64,000 nucleotides of DNA, from assembly GCA_964016885.1 (NCBI GenBank), contig OZ024743.1, positions 352,842,001 through 352,906,000 of the forward strand, in the 5' to 3' direction. Position 1 is the stretch's first letter. Each line of letters begins with the position of its first letter. This DNA is from Eledone cirrhosa. Lineage: Eukaryota. Shown piece by piece: positions 25,598 through 38,634 of this stretch. The notes under the pieces are model-generated. The model was given only the letters and a program-made list of their open reading frames with translations. It was not told the DNA's origin and did not search any database. The translations under genes were made by a program, and so were the position numbers.

Positions 25598-27495
25598 TTT
25601 ATACCTAAATTTGTGAGTGACACAGTGTGTCAGCTGTTCATTTTTCTATCACGTTGTTGTTAACCACCCCTCTCTCCCTCTCTTTCTTTGATTACATTTC
25701 TTACTTATAGCCTGCTCACACTGCATTTTCATACCTCTTACCGTTTCCCCTTTACGGTGTCTGGACGCATACATGCACACCTAACATATGAACACCCGAT
25801 TTAGTATATACCTTTTTTTCCATTAAAACAAAACAAGACAACGAGGAACACCCTGTGTGATCGCAAAACAATCTTTTGGCTTCACCTCATTAAATATACT
25901 AACCTGTACTTAGCTACACGTTTTTCAGACAGAAAGCATCCCTGGGCTGAGAAATTTTCCATTTTCATTATTTAAGATTGCCTCATTAATAAATAATTGT
26001 TTCTATTTTAGACACAAGGCCAGCAATTACCCAGTACATTACTGGTACTTTATTTTATCGACCCCGTCCACGTAATAATGTCCACACAAAATCTTTTTCT
26101 TCTCCGTCATTTCTAACTTCTGGTAAGTACGTGTTATACAATGCTTCATTCAAGAGATGCAATAAGATCGAAAAGTTATGACCGCAATTACCAAAGATCA
26201 GACTCACTCTTCACAGAATATCCTTATTTAATTTGTTCTCACAGAGTTCTCTCAGTGGCCAAGAATTGTCATGAATGCTAATGATTTTCGTGATACTTCT
26301 CGTTGCGAATGTAATTTCAATCCTTCCAAAATTCTTTGGGGTTCATTACATCAAGTATATATTTTTTTTAATGGTGGGGTTAATGAAGAGTTCCTAGTCT
26401 TATCATGACGCCATTTCTTTTCGGTAAAAGGAGCTGGGGTTTCAACTCACAGGTGCTCTATCAATTTCATGTCTGATACTTTTGTAAGGCTTGATAATGT
26501 CAACTTATGGACTAGACTTGATCTTTACTCTTCAAACTCTGCTGCTGGTGATCGAACTTTGTGGAGAAAAATATCTCATGTTGATGCGCAGTCTGCAACT
26601 GGCGGAGTTTAGCGAAAAAAAAAAGAAAGACTTTTGTAAAGCCTAGAAAACAGCATCAAGTGGGCGTGAATAAAAAAAGATGCGAGTGTTAAACGTTGCT
26701 CAGTCAGCTCATAAATTGTTATGGTTGTAGATCAGTGTTATTGCTGTGATTACGCAGGAAAAAACTGGGAGATTTTACAACCTTATTTTAATGAATTTAT
26801 CGCCTCATTACTTACTCTCGGGACCCAAATAATATGGGGTGGGGGTAGAATAAGCAGGTGGAGGGACGTCGGTAATTGTATAGTGAACATTCGTAAATAT
26901 GGGATTGCTTGTAATATCCTTTTTTTGTCATATATAATCTAAACAATAATAAACTAAGGACCGCGGGACTGCGCACGGTTTATTTCTTTTAATCCGGTTA
27001 GTAAAATAAGTTGGATTACTTTGAATAAATAATTGTTTCTACTTTTGGCACAAAGCCAGCAATTAACCAGTGCATTACTGGTACTTTATTATATCGACCC
27101 CGTAAGCATGAAAGGCAAAGTTAACCTCGGCGGGATTTGACTTCAGATTGGAAAGGGCCGTAACTCTATGCATCAAAGCATGGCGTCCGACCCTCTACCG
27201 ATACTTCCAATCCACCATAAATAATGAATGTATATTACATAATTTATGTACTAAATTTCGTAACTAAATTTCGTAAACATTAATAATTTAAAATTGACTT
27301 CTTTTCAAAGTTTCATTCACATTTCTACACTTCCGGTATATCGTCGCCACCACCACCACTTCAACTACCATATATCTATAGAAAGAGAGAGTGTGTAATG
27401 AGAGCGATAGAGAGATTATGATTTTCTACACGCTGATGCGTATGAGTATGCACATACATACATCAATATGTATGAGTATATAACTATTATAAGTA

Positions 27496-28670
27496 TTTAT
27501 AATATTATAAAGCTGAGTGTCGTGTGTATGTATGTATGTATCCTACACACCTCTCTATAGTTTGTTAGCTTTACTCTCTCCGTCACTCTTCCCTCTCTCT
27601 ATAATAGATCATTACCCTCTCTATAATTTAACTGCTTTACTCTCTCTGTCGCTCTTCACTCCCAAATATTATAAAGTTGAGCGTCGTCTCTCTCTCTCCC
27701 TCTTCCACCCTCTCTATAATTTAACTGCTTTACCCTCTGTCTCTCTTTACTCTCTATATGACAACACTCTTTTACTTTCCGTTTTAATTGTATTTCTCTC
27801 TGTTTAACGGCCCATCTCTTTTTTCCCCTCCCTCTGTTTTTCTGTCGTCGCTCGCATAACACACACACACACAAACGCACAAATACACATACTTTCTGTC
27901 GTCGCTCGCATAAGTAACACACACACACATACACACACACATAATATAACATCAAAACAAAACACACAGACACACACATGCGCATACACACATACACAAA
28001 CACACACATATCTATACTTTATATGTATGTATGTATGTAAGGTTTCTTGGTGAGGAGGGTGACTTTGGACACCCTGCAGGACTAAAAACAAAACCTGTCA
28101 AAGGGCAAAGGACCTCTGAAGAGTCAATGGCCATCCAAAATCACCGGGAGAGATGACCCCTTAGCCTTTGTCAAGGCAGAATTCTAGGAGAAGGAAAACT
28201 CTGATATAACACCTGCAACCCTGATGGTATCCAATGATGTTGACTTGTTCTTCTTTTTGGTAAATATCATCTTGGTTAAGAGAGTGGGACTTGTGCAGTG
28301 CCTTTGCTCACTATAAAAGTTTCACGGCACAGGCATTGCTTTATATCTGGAGATCTCTCTGCACTTGTCGTCACATGGTACCATGGGCCCAGCACTATGT
28401 GTCAATAATTGTCACAAGTGTAGTGTTTGTACCAGAGTTTTCAAGTCGCTGGCTGGACTAAAAAGTCACACTCGTTCAGCGCATCGGTAGGGATTCTCCT
28501 ACATGGATATAAAGTAGTGGCCGTACTCGAAAACGAGTTGGCAGCCATCATGTATGTATGTATGTAAGATCATTCCCCCTCTCTATAATTTAACTGCTTT
28601 ACTCTCTCTGTCGCTCTTCACTCTCTATATGACAACACTGTTTTAGTTTCCGTATCTCCCTTCAATATAT

Positions 28671-28717
<47 letters not shown>

Positions 28718-28832
28718 GAGGGAGAGAGAGAGTTGGAAGGACAATGTGACACGGAAGGGTGTGTGGTATCTTTGCAGTGGAGTGGTGGGGGAAGGTATAT
28801 CTAGCCGAGACCCAGCCGGACGGGCCAGCTAG
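27496..28832 (+). mobile_element. non-autonomous Helitron carrying a nested RTE-derived element
   Basis: GC-rich 3' end then CTAG|T; absent from the paralogous site near 31365 (GAGTA|TATAACT), with no TSD. Confidence 0.85.
28039..28555 (+). mobile_element. bipartite RTE-derived element, 5'-truncated
   Basis: Reverse-complement match to 16661-17185; flanked by (TATG)n. Confidence 0.85.
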
Positions 28833-29039
28833 TATAACTATAATCGCGCAAACACAAACTTATAAAAATAGACGCTCACGGACATTCATATAAATACACA
28901 TACATTCACACATACTTTCACACAAACATACATACATTCACACATATACATTTACACGAACACATACATACAGTCATGATAGCAGCGTTCGGTGAATTGG
29001 AAATGGGAGGGTAAAACAAGTATAACGTTTTATTTATTC

Positions 29040-29909
29040 ATTAACTCTTTTTTTTAAAAACTCATTTAATATAATGGTTACAGAACGAAAACACTAACAA
29101 ATATAATTGTTTCTACTTTTGGCACAAGGCCAGAAAATATCCCAGTGTATTACTGGTACTTAATTTTATCGACCCCGTAAGGATGAAAGGCAAAGTTAAC
29201 CTCGACGGGATTTGAACTCAGACCGTAAAGGGACGTAACTATGTTGGAAAGCATGGCGTCCGACCCTCTACCGATACTGCCAATTCAATATAATATATAC
29301 AAAGGAAAGAAAGGGAAAAAAAGAAAGAGAAAAAATACACAAGCACGTATTACCCACATCTAAGACCACATAGAACAAAATACAGGCGAACGAGTGGTAA
29401 AAAGAACCGCTACCAGAGCAAAAGATAGCAATATAGCGAGGAGCACTGGGAAACCGCACTAATACTTTTTGAGGCAGGCTAGCACGCTCGTAGCGCTACC
29501 TGGGGTGATGGCGACGCTGAGGTGCTGGAACAACCAAGTGCCCTCACATGCATCACCAGTTACCTCTGTTTGGCGAGCCGCCAGTGAAGATAAGAAGCTC
29601 GCTGTGAGTAGCCCAACTCCCCCAAACGTTCGAACGCCACAGGCTGGATAATATAGTTAGCTGACAGAACACAGTATTTTAGGATTTTGTTCCGTTCAGC
29701 TGCGGATACTGTAGCTCTCGCCATTACTTCTGCATCCAGAATATGGGATGAAGCAAAAGAGTCACTAAATATGACGTCCCAGGTAAGGCACCTTCCTCTT
29801 GACCAGGAGCACAGAGTAAGACCGTCAAGTCTTTTCCCATCAATTCAGGACAACCCAGATCGTTCCAAAATTGAGGGGATGTTTGCCCGGGCCAAAGCTC
29901 TTAAGTGGT
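29040..29909 (-). mobile_element. CRE-clade non-LTR retrotransposon, 3' fragment (restriction-like endonuclease plus 3' UTR)
   Basis: Manual minus-strand translation: RALARANIPSILERSGLS*IDGKRLDGLTLCSWSRGRCLTWDV...AAERNKILKY...PVAFE, frameshift, then TGDACEGTWLFQHLSVAI...KKY*. This matches the CRE RLE pattern (DGKRPDG, WD, AE..K..KY, TGD, QRLS). Confidence 0.85.
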
Positions 29910-30084
29910 AATAGGACAGTGTGTGTATGTGTGCGCGCGTGAGTTTGTCGGCGTTCTTAAATTAGAGACACGTGTGTGTGTGTCACTGTTTTTAAGTTAG
30001 ACATATATACACACACATACATTCACACAAACACATATACACATTGCGTGATGGACCAGTGGACAGAAGTCCCTCAAATTTATA

Positions 30085-30731
30085 TACATGTGAATGGAGT
30101 TCCACTGAAGCAGTTAGAGAAGTTCAAGTATCTTGGAGCCGTGTTCATGAGTGGTGGAATGTAGGAAGCTGAATTAAGTGCAAGTATTGCAAAAGCTGAT
30201 GCAGTAATGCGCCAGCATCAGCATTCAGCAATCAGATGAAGAGGGGTAGGTGTAAAAGCCAAACTCGCTGTCTTCCTGGTATTCCTGCCAACTCTTACCG
30301 AGGATCATGAATCTTGAGTAATGGCCAAAAGAATACAATTGCAAATAAAAGTGGCAGAAATGGGATTCCTCCGAAGAGTCTTTGGAGTAACGTTACTCGA
30401 TAAAGTGCATAACTCAGAGACCAGAGAGTCACTCCTGGTAGAGCCGCTAATTCTCCGAATTGAGTGATCACAACCCCGGTATTATGAACATGTGGCTAGA
30501 ATGTCTCAGTAAAGAATCGCTGGACACATCTTACGGGCAAAACCAACCGACAAGAGGCCCAGAAGTAGACCCTGCGCAAGATAGTTGGAAAACATCCATG
30601 AGCTTGGCTGGTCACGCTTTGGGATCCAGCTGGATCAGTTACAGATGTTTGCTACTGACAGACTCGATGGAAGGAGTGTTTGAGAAGGACTCTGACCCCA
30701 CGACCCTCTCAGAAATAAGTGGGTGAAGAAG
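30085..30731 (+). mobile_element. RTE LINE 3' fragment (same family as 21225-23780)
   Basis: HVNGVPLKQLEKFKYLGAVF; runs to a GAAGAAGA tail. Confidence 0.88.
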
Positions 30732-31034
30732 ATATTGTCAATTTACTTTTCAATTTACCTATATCTATATGCATATATATTTGCGTATAATACCAATATG
30801 CACACTACATATGGTAGCAGAAAACCGCCGGAAATAAAATTATTATTAGCTTCTCCAGCTGATGTATCGATATGAATCACTTACAATAAAATTTCCCGGA
30901 GAGAGATTAGCAAAATTTAATAAGCGTGTAGGGGGAATAAAAGCGGGGGGAAGGGTGTCTGAAAAATTAATAAGCAGAAGGGGGCGATTATTCAAGACCT
31001 GAGAGTAGCTGAGAAATCTAAACTATAAAAAAGC

Positions 31035-31905
31035 AAGGGCTGCGGGACTGCGTACGGTTTATTTCTTTTAACCCAGTTAGTAAAATAAGTTGGATTACTT
31101 TGAATAAATAATGAATGAATATTACATAATTTATGTGCTAAATTTCGTAAACAAATAATTTCGTAAAAATAAATAATTTAAAATTGACTTCTTTTCAAAG
31201 TTGCACTTCCGGTATATCGTCGCCATCAGCACCATTTCAACTACCATATATATAGAAAGAGAGATTGTGTGATGAGAGAGAGCTAGAGATTTTCTACACG
31301 CTGACGCGTATGAGTGCGCACATACATACATCTATATGTATGAGTATATAACTATTATGAGTATATAACTATCATCGCGCAAACACAAACTTATAAAAAT
31401 ACACACTCACGGACATAATTCACACAAATACACACATACTTTCACACAAACATACATACATTCACACATACATTTACACAAATACAGTCATGATAGTGTT
31501 CGGTTTAATTGGAAATGAGAGGGTAAAACAAGTATAACGTTTTATTTATTTATTAACTCTTTATTTATTTATTAACTCTTTTTTTAAAAACTCATTTAAT
31601 ATAATGGTTACAGAACGAAAACTCTAACAAATATAATATATACAAAGGAAAGGGAAAGGAAAAAAAGAAAGAGAAAAAATACACACGCAGGTAATACACA
31701 CATCTTCGACCACAGAACAATATACTGGCGAAAGAGTGGTAAAAAGAGCCGCTACCAGAGCAAAAGATAGCAATATAGCGAGGAGCATTGGGAAACCTCT
31801 CTAATAATTTTTGAGGCAAGCCAACACCTTCGCTGCGTTACCTGGGGCGATGGCGAGGCTGAGGTGGTCCAATATGCACACTACATATGCTAGCAGAAAA
31901 TCGCC
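31035..31905 (+). repeat. diverged direct duplicate of 26955-30829 lacking its insertions
   Basis: Colinear similarity from GCGGGACTGCG.ACGGTTTATTTC through the CRE end, plus shared CCAATATGCACACTACATATG.TAGCAGAAAA.CGCC. Confidence 0.88.
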
Positions 31906-34900
31906 CCCGGGCGGTTTTTCTGCTAGTACATATAATTAACTAGGTAACTTCATATTGTTGATATTACAAATGATGTAACGATGTTTTAATGTTATATTTT
32001 CTATTAAATACATTTTCTTATCAGCACATATCCTGTTCTTTGGTCGCCTCTCAAAATGTCATTGACGAATTCAAATCCTTTTATGTTATTTCTCATTTTG
32101 AAATCGCTACTCTCACTTCGAAATCACTATACTCTCTTTCAACTCGTAAAGACTCTTTTGAAATCTTAAATATAACTTTGATCTGACAAAACGACTAAAA
32201 CTTGAGACGAGTGAATGAAATCCCATCCTCATGGTTGAGAGTCGTGGGGGCTAACACACAACCACCATTCTTCTAAACATTCGTTGTGTCTTCGTGCTCT
32301 CTTCGGGATGAATGAGGTCAGTGGGCCCCGGGTTCTCTTCACGTGCATTCACAAGCAATGAGGGTTTATGCTCAGAGTTGTTCTTTTCCTAGTCTGGGTG
32401 CCTATCTAGACCGCCGAGCTGAAACCACCCACCCAGTTTACTGCACGAAGATTTAGTGTACGGCATACTGTGGGACCACTGCGAGTGAAGTACCCCTTAG
32501 CTTCTATTAACGCATACATCTCGATGTACAGGAATAATATTTCTTTAAATCGTTTTCTCTACTTTCCTTTTTCAACGAAAAAGTAGATAAAACTATGTTC
32601 AGTAAACCTCCTTAAATTCGTAAGCCCGTGACCACTGGTTTTCTTAGCCTCCTTCTAGTCTGGTTTGATGGTCGGATACCTTGTTATCCGTGACAGTTGT
32701 GGTTATCCATAATTTATGTTAACTAATGATTTTTTATAATTCAAAAACACAAGGCTACCCTATCTTTGCTAGTGGTTTATAGACTAATGGGACCGAGATA
32801 TTTATATTAGATACTAACGTTATCAAACTTCAGTATGAATAACAAAAAATAAACAGAATCTTAAGAGAATTTGAAATCAGAAGGTAGAGGATCAATAATA
32901 AACATTACATTGTGTTTATATCGATACACCCTCAATTTATATCCACTCACTTCTTCCTCTGCAAATAATAATGATTTCTACCATCTTCCAGAACCTAACA
33001 GCTGCTTTTTTTGTCAACCCGGTAGAATGAAAGTGAAAGTCGACCACCAAATCCCATTGAGTCATCGCCTCTCCACCAAATCCAATTGGCTTATGGCTAC
33101 CCCACCAAATCTCGTTGACTCATCGTCACTCCAATAAATCCCGATGATTCATTTCTATTCCACCAATTCTCGTTGATGTATCGCCATTTAAGTAATTCTT
33201 GTTGACACAGATAATTTTTGGCCACGAATTGGGACTTGACAAAAACGATAACTACTTCACAAGTGTCATCACTACTTAGGCGAACCAACGATGGAGCTTC
33301 TACGTGATCACTCAACTTGCTATATATAAGAGCAGTTAAACCTACCAGTCACACCTTACTAACTTGAAAACATTCGTGTCACATTAGATAATATGACCCT
33401 ATATACACTGTGTCTGACTCTCTCCCTCGTCCATTTCCGAAAAGATGGGATTGTCACAGCTGTAATACCTTTTGGTCATAGATCTGCTGAATCAGAGTTC
33501 ACGTGGATCAAAACAAGAAATATTTATATGATATCTTAGGAGTGACGTGTGTTATTACGAGAGGGAATGGCATGAATTAACTTCACTAACTCTAAGTACT
33601 CAGAACAGTAACACTCGTTCATCCTTTTCATGAAAAGTACTTCACTATTTTGAAGGTTATTGATTGGTTGTTTATCCGGTCATTGATACCAACACCGCTA
33701 CACTGTCGTTTACACGCAATACTAGTTTCTTTTCTGTCTCTGTTGTAGTATGAAAGTCAACAAATGGAGGCTGGTGTAGCCGAGGGATTAAAAACTTTGC
33801 TTCGCAATTATGTGATCATGGGATCGATCCCGCTGCTTGGTACTCTGATCCAATTTTTTTTTACCATAGATTCAGGTCGATGTAGGTCTTATGAGTAAAC
33901 TTGAGTAGACGGAAACGGTCGGAAGGATTCTACCTGTAATTCAATGGTCCATCTTTAACATATTTTGATAGGCTGATTCCACAGGAGAATTACGTTACAG
34001 AATACATGCCTATGGGGTAAGCAGTTATTTCCACGTTAATTCAACGAATGGGTAATTAAGTTGATCGGGGATCCATCATCATCATCATCATCAGCAGCAA
34101 CACCCCTAAGGTTAAATATTCTAGAATTATAAAGTCAAATGAAGTTGCCTTCATTGCCTTCCTTCAAATAAATTGTCATTAACTCTAATGACTTGTTTTT
34201 TCATTACGAGTTTAATAACAACTACTTAAACATTATTTTTGACTTACACTAAGTATGTTAGTTTGCACTTAACTATATATTTTTCATGCAGAAGGGATCC
34301 TTGGGAAATGTTCTATAGATAAGATGAGGGGTTAAATATTACCTATATCCTTTTACATTGTTGTTATCGGTCTTCGAAGGATCTTAGTTATAAGCGATAT
34401 AATGGAAATACCTTAATCGAAGAGTTGGTTGCTTCTCATCGGTAGTAGATGCTTCTGACTTCCAGGATATAAATAAATAGCTCTTTAATGCTCAATCCTC
34501 TATAAATATTATATTATTTGTCGCAAAAGGAATGTAGGAGTCATTTTACATATAAATCGTCGCGCGTTTGTATCCTCTCCTGGTCAGCTCAGTCTGTCCG
34601 GTCTCTCGAGTGCTCTCTGAGGTTTTTTACCAGAGAACGAGAAGGAGATTGACTATGTATTTATACGCAACTTCCCATTGGTCAGTTTGACCTTATTGCG
34701 TATGAAAATGTTGCTATTGCGAGGTGCGACGTAGTTCCACTACAGTTCCAATGTCAAAGATTGTGGAAAACGTTCACAGTCAACAGGCATCTTCCATTGT
34801 GAAAAACATGCATTAGCCAACAGCTTATGAGGGCGCTTCCACGTGGACACTTCATAGACCTGCGAGAAAGAGCAACCTAATCTTCTTCAACCCCACCACG

Positions 34901-35627
34901 CCATCTTAAACAGAAAGGGTACACATTTCATGATGTAGCCCTAAATATAATATAGCTGAAAATAGACGGAAAATAGACAAGATGGTGGTTGCTAGAGCAC
35001 CATTGGTCATAGGTAAGCTCAATCAGGGCAGACCGGTGTTAAATAACGTGCATCATTTATGAGCCAATGAAAGAGCCTTAACAGAGTCCCTCACTCTCCT
35101 AGAAACACCAGCTCAATCTATTTCAAATTACACTCTAAAAAGGAAGAACGTATTAGATATACTACATACTGAAAATACTGGTGCGTTGGTCATATCTGGG
35201 ACACCTTCGATTATGGGTGGATAAATTAGATAGATCAAATATCATAAATATGATAGATCAGGGTTGATTTGGGGTTAAACAGCAAAAGCAACAACATGTG
35301 TTTCACAGTATTACTTATTGGGGGAACATAGATGACACTGGGGACAAAGTACGAGACAACTAATCAAGAGACATTTAAATCTCAAATGGACTCAGCTACC
35401 TAGTTGAAAATAGGTTTCATCAGGGCCGATGAAAAGGTGACACAGAATGTACATCGCACTCGAGCTCGAAAATTTATTGGAATTTCAGAAGATATTTGCA
35501 AACTAGCATTCACATTGAAGGCTAGCAATTACATTGTTCTCCGCTGATAAAAATTTCCTTCAGAGGCTGTGTGTACTGTTGAGTAAGAACAACTACTAAT
35601 GCTCCATGTAGTGGCAACACTGTTAAC

Positions 35628-36164
35628 CAGAGGTTCTAAAACTTTTGGGGGCCACCGCCCCCTCACGGTCACGTAATACCCTCAGCACCCCCAACCTTAT
35701 TTCCAGATACCTGCCTACACGCAAATTGTAAATCATATATAATAAATAAAATCGTTAATTTATATATAATAAATAATATAATTGTTTCTACTTTTGGCAC
35801 AAGGCCAGCAATTATCCCAGTGCATTACTGGTACTTTATTTTATCGACGCCGTAAGGATGAAAGGAAAAGTTAACCTCGGCGGGATTTGAACTCAGAATA
35901 GTAAGGGCCGTAACTCTATGCGTCAAAGCATGGCGTCCGACCCTCTAAATAATATAATTGTTTCTAAATAATATACTATGTATAAATAAATATTATATTT
36001 TTTCATTTTACTATATTTATATATGTGTATCATTTGATATTTAATATACTATTAGATCATCTCTACCACCCACCATCCATCGCCCCCTTAGGCCCCAGCG
36101 CCCCCTGGACCTTCTGAATGACCCCCCCCCCGGGAAGCGGTAGCACCCACTTTGATAACCTCTG
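35628..36164. mobile_element. hAT (Charlie-like) MITE with nested SINE
   Basis: TIR CAGAGGTTCTAAAA / TTTGATAACCTCTG; 8-bp TSD CTGTTAAC / CTGTAAAC. Confidence 0.8.
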
Positions 36165-36462
36165 CTGTAAACATTGATAAATGTTTTGATAGCTGACAGT
36201 GCTGCGTTTTATCCTATAGAAAGCTTGAATAAGAATGGTTTTCTGTCAGGTTCACTTACCCAAAGTACACAATTCAACGAAAGAACTTTTGTCTTGTCGC
36301 CATACTTGCTACAAATAACACAGCCAAATTTCCTTCAAATTTAACAAAGACAGGTATATTTGATGATGTAGTCCTAAATAGGTTACGCTTAAAAAGAAAA
36401 AATACCAGTCGGTCCTAACTTGAAAGTTTTCGATCATCGCTCGATCAGGATTGAACTGGGGT

Positions 36463-36498
<36 letters not shown>

Positions 36499-36669
36499 TC
36501 AAGGATAAGAGAGAAAATGGGACATTGTAATGTCCATTATTTCCCGACAGAGAATCGAAAGCAGATCGTAATTTGTATTCCTCTACTACCATTGATGCTA
36601 CAATGATCTAATTGCCGGCTGAAGTAGTTTCACTTCCTTTACACAACCCATATCCTCGGGGTGGGGGTG

Positions 36670-37420
36670 GGGGAAGTGGTGTCATGACTGGAGGGTGTAT
36701 AATCAATCCGCTGGAACTTGCAGACGACATTGTGTTACTAATCTCCGATTTGCACTCGATAGGTTTGATGCCGAGTGCTGCATGGCTGGAATGAAAATCA
36801 GTGCTGCGAAAACTGAGACACTTGTCCTATCAAGGAAGCCTGCGCAATGCACACTATATGTAAATGGAGTTCCACTGAAGCAGGTAGAGAAGTTCAAGAG
36901 TCCAGGGGCCGTGTTCACGAGTGATGGAAGGCAGGAGGCTGAATTAAGTGCAAGAATTGCAGGAGTTGGTGCAGTAATGCGCCAGCTTCAGCATTCAGTA
37001 ATCAGAAGAAGGAAGGTAGGCGTAAAACCCAAACTCGTTATCTTTAATTCGGTATTCATACCAACCCTTTTCTATGGTCATGAATCTTGGGCAATGACCA
37101 AAAGAATATGATTGTGAATACAAGCGGTCGAAATGGGGTTCTTCCGAAGGGTCTTTGGAGTAACGTTACTCGATAGAGTGTGTAGCTCGAAGATCAGAGT
37201 GTCACTCCAGGTAGACCTACTACTTCTCCGAATTGAGAGACCATAGCTTCGATACTATGGGAATGTGGTTAGATTGTCTCAGGAAAAAATCGCTGGACAG
37301 ATTTCACGGGCAAAACCAACCGGCAGGAGACCCAGGTGTAGACCCTGAGCAAGATGGTTGGATAAGATCCAATTAGCTTGGCTGGTCTCGCTTGGAGATC
37401 CAGCTGGATCAGTTGGAGAT
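36670..37420 (+). mobile_element. RTE LINE 3' fragment
   Basis: ELADD, LRFALDRFDAECCMAGMKISAAKTE and PTLFYGHESW; cut at 37421 by the next element. Confidence 0.9.
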
Positions 37421-38587
37421 GGAATTTCGCACAAGTCTAACGGGGGGAAGAAGAAGAATTTTTTTCTCTCTCTGTCTTGCGTCTGCGACTTCACAAAACT
37501 TATGTTTACCGAATTCGTAGACCAGACCCCTTCTTCTTCTTCTTCTTCTTCTTCTTCTTCTTCTTCTTCTTCTTCCCCCCGTTAGACTTGTGCGAAATTC
37601 CTTCCTTCCTCACATTTCAACCAGGTTTGATGATCTTTTGTCTCTTGTTCACGATTTCACCGAGTTTATATTCATAGAGATCTGGGACTTGTCTATTTCT
37701 TCTCACTTTCCGTTGCTTAAACCATTTTGTTTGTTACCCTAACGTTCCCTTTATTTACGTGTCCCAACGATTTTTTTTAGCCGTTGTTCGCACCAACCTG
37801 AGGTATATGGCCCTTAAAGCGATGAAATGCCGGAGACGGTTGGAGGGTCACTGATGAAGGACTTACTTTTTCATATGCACCCCCATTTGCAACGCGCAGC
37901 CATCATTATTATCATATTTACACCTAATTTTTCTTCTGCTGCTACCCGTCTGTTTCGTTCTTTGTACCTTTTACCCTTTCTAGCAGTCTCTCTCTCTGTT
38001 AGCCTCCTCCTCAACTTTCACTCACTCATTCTCTGTCACTACCTCTCCTCCTCCTCTTTCCTCCTCTTCCTTCAAGTTTGACCTGTGTGTAATTCTTTTC
38101 TCGCGCGTTCTTGGTCAAGCCGGTATGAAAATTTTTTTTCTCTCTCTCTCTTGCGTCTGCGACTTCACAAAACTTATGTTTACCGAATTCATAGACCAGA
38201 CCCCTTCTTCTTCTTCTTCTTCTTCTTCTTCTTCTTCTTCTTCTTCTTCTTCCCCCCGTTAGACTTGTGCGAAATTCCTTCCTTCCTCACATTTCAACCA
38301 GGTTTGATGGTCTTTTGTCTCTTGTTCACGATTTCACCGAGTTTATATTCATAGAGATCTGGGACTTGTCTATTTCTTCTCACTTTCCGTTGCTTAAACC
38401 ATTTTGTTTGTTACCCTAACGTTCCCTTTATTTACGTGTCCCAACGACTTTTTTTAGCCGTTGTTCGCACCAACCTGAGGTATATGGCCCTTAAAGCGAT
38501 GAAATGCCTGAGACGGTTGGAGGGTCACTGATGAAGGACTTACTTTTTCATATGCACCCCCATTTGCAACGCGCAGCCATCATTATT

Positions 38588-38593
<6 letters not shown>
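37421..38593 (+). mobile_element. non-coding partial-tandem element (about 670-bp unit x1.7) with an inverted 5' piece; Penelope-like architecture
   Basis: 37457-37914 is repeated near-identically at 38130-38593; 37421-37458 is the reverse complement of about 37564-37601; ends at (TA)n. Confidence 0.75.

Positions 38594-38634
<41 letters not shown>

Noticed and set aside
34533-34744. Possible solo LTR (TGTAG...CTACA, TATA on the minus strand)
   Set aside because: No target-site duplication and no second copy.
37820-37862. SECIS, box C/D snoRNA or type II hammerhead reading of GAUGAAA...CUGAUGA
   Set aside because: Helix asymmetric for a SECIS, too short for a snoRNA, and no NUH site or stem II for a hammerhead; kept only as an unassigned motif.
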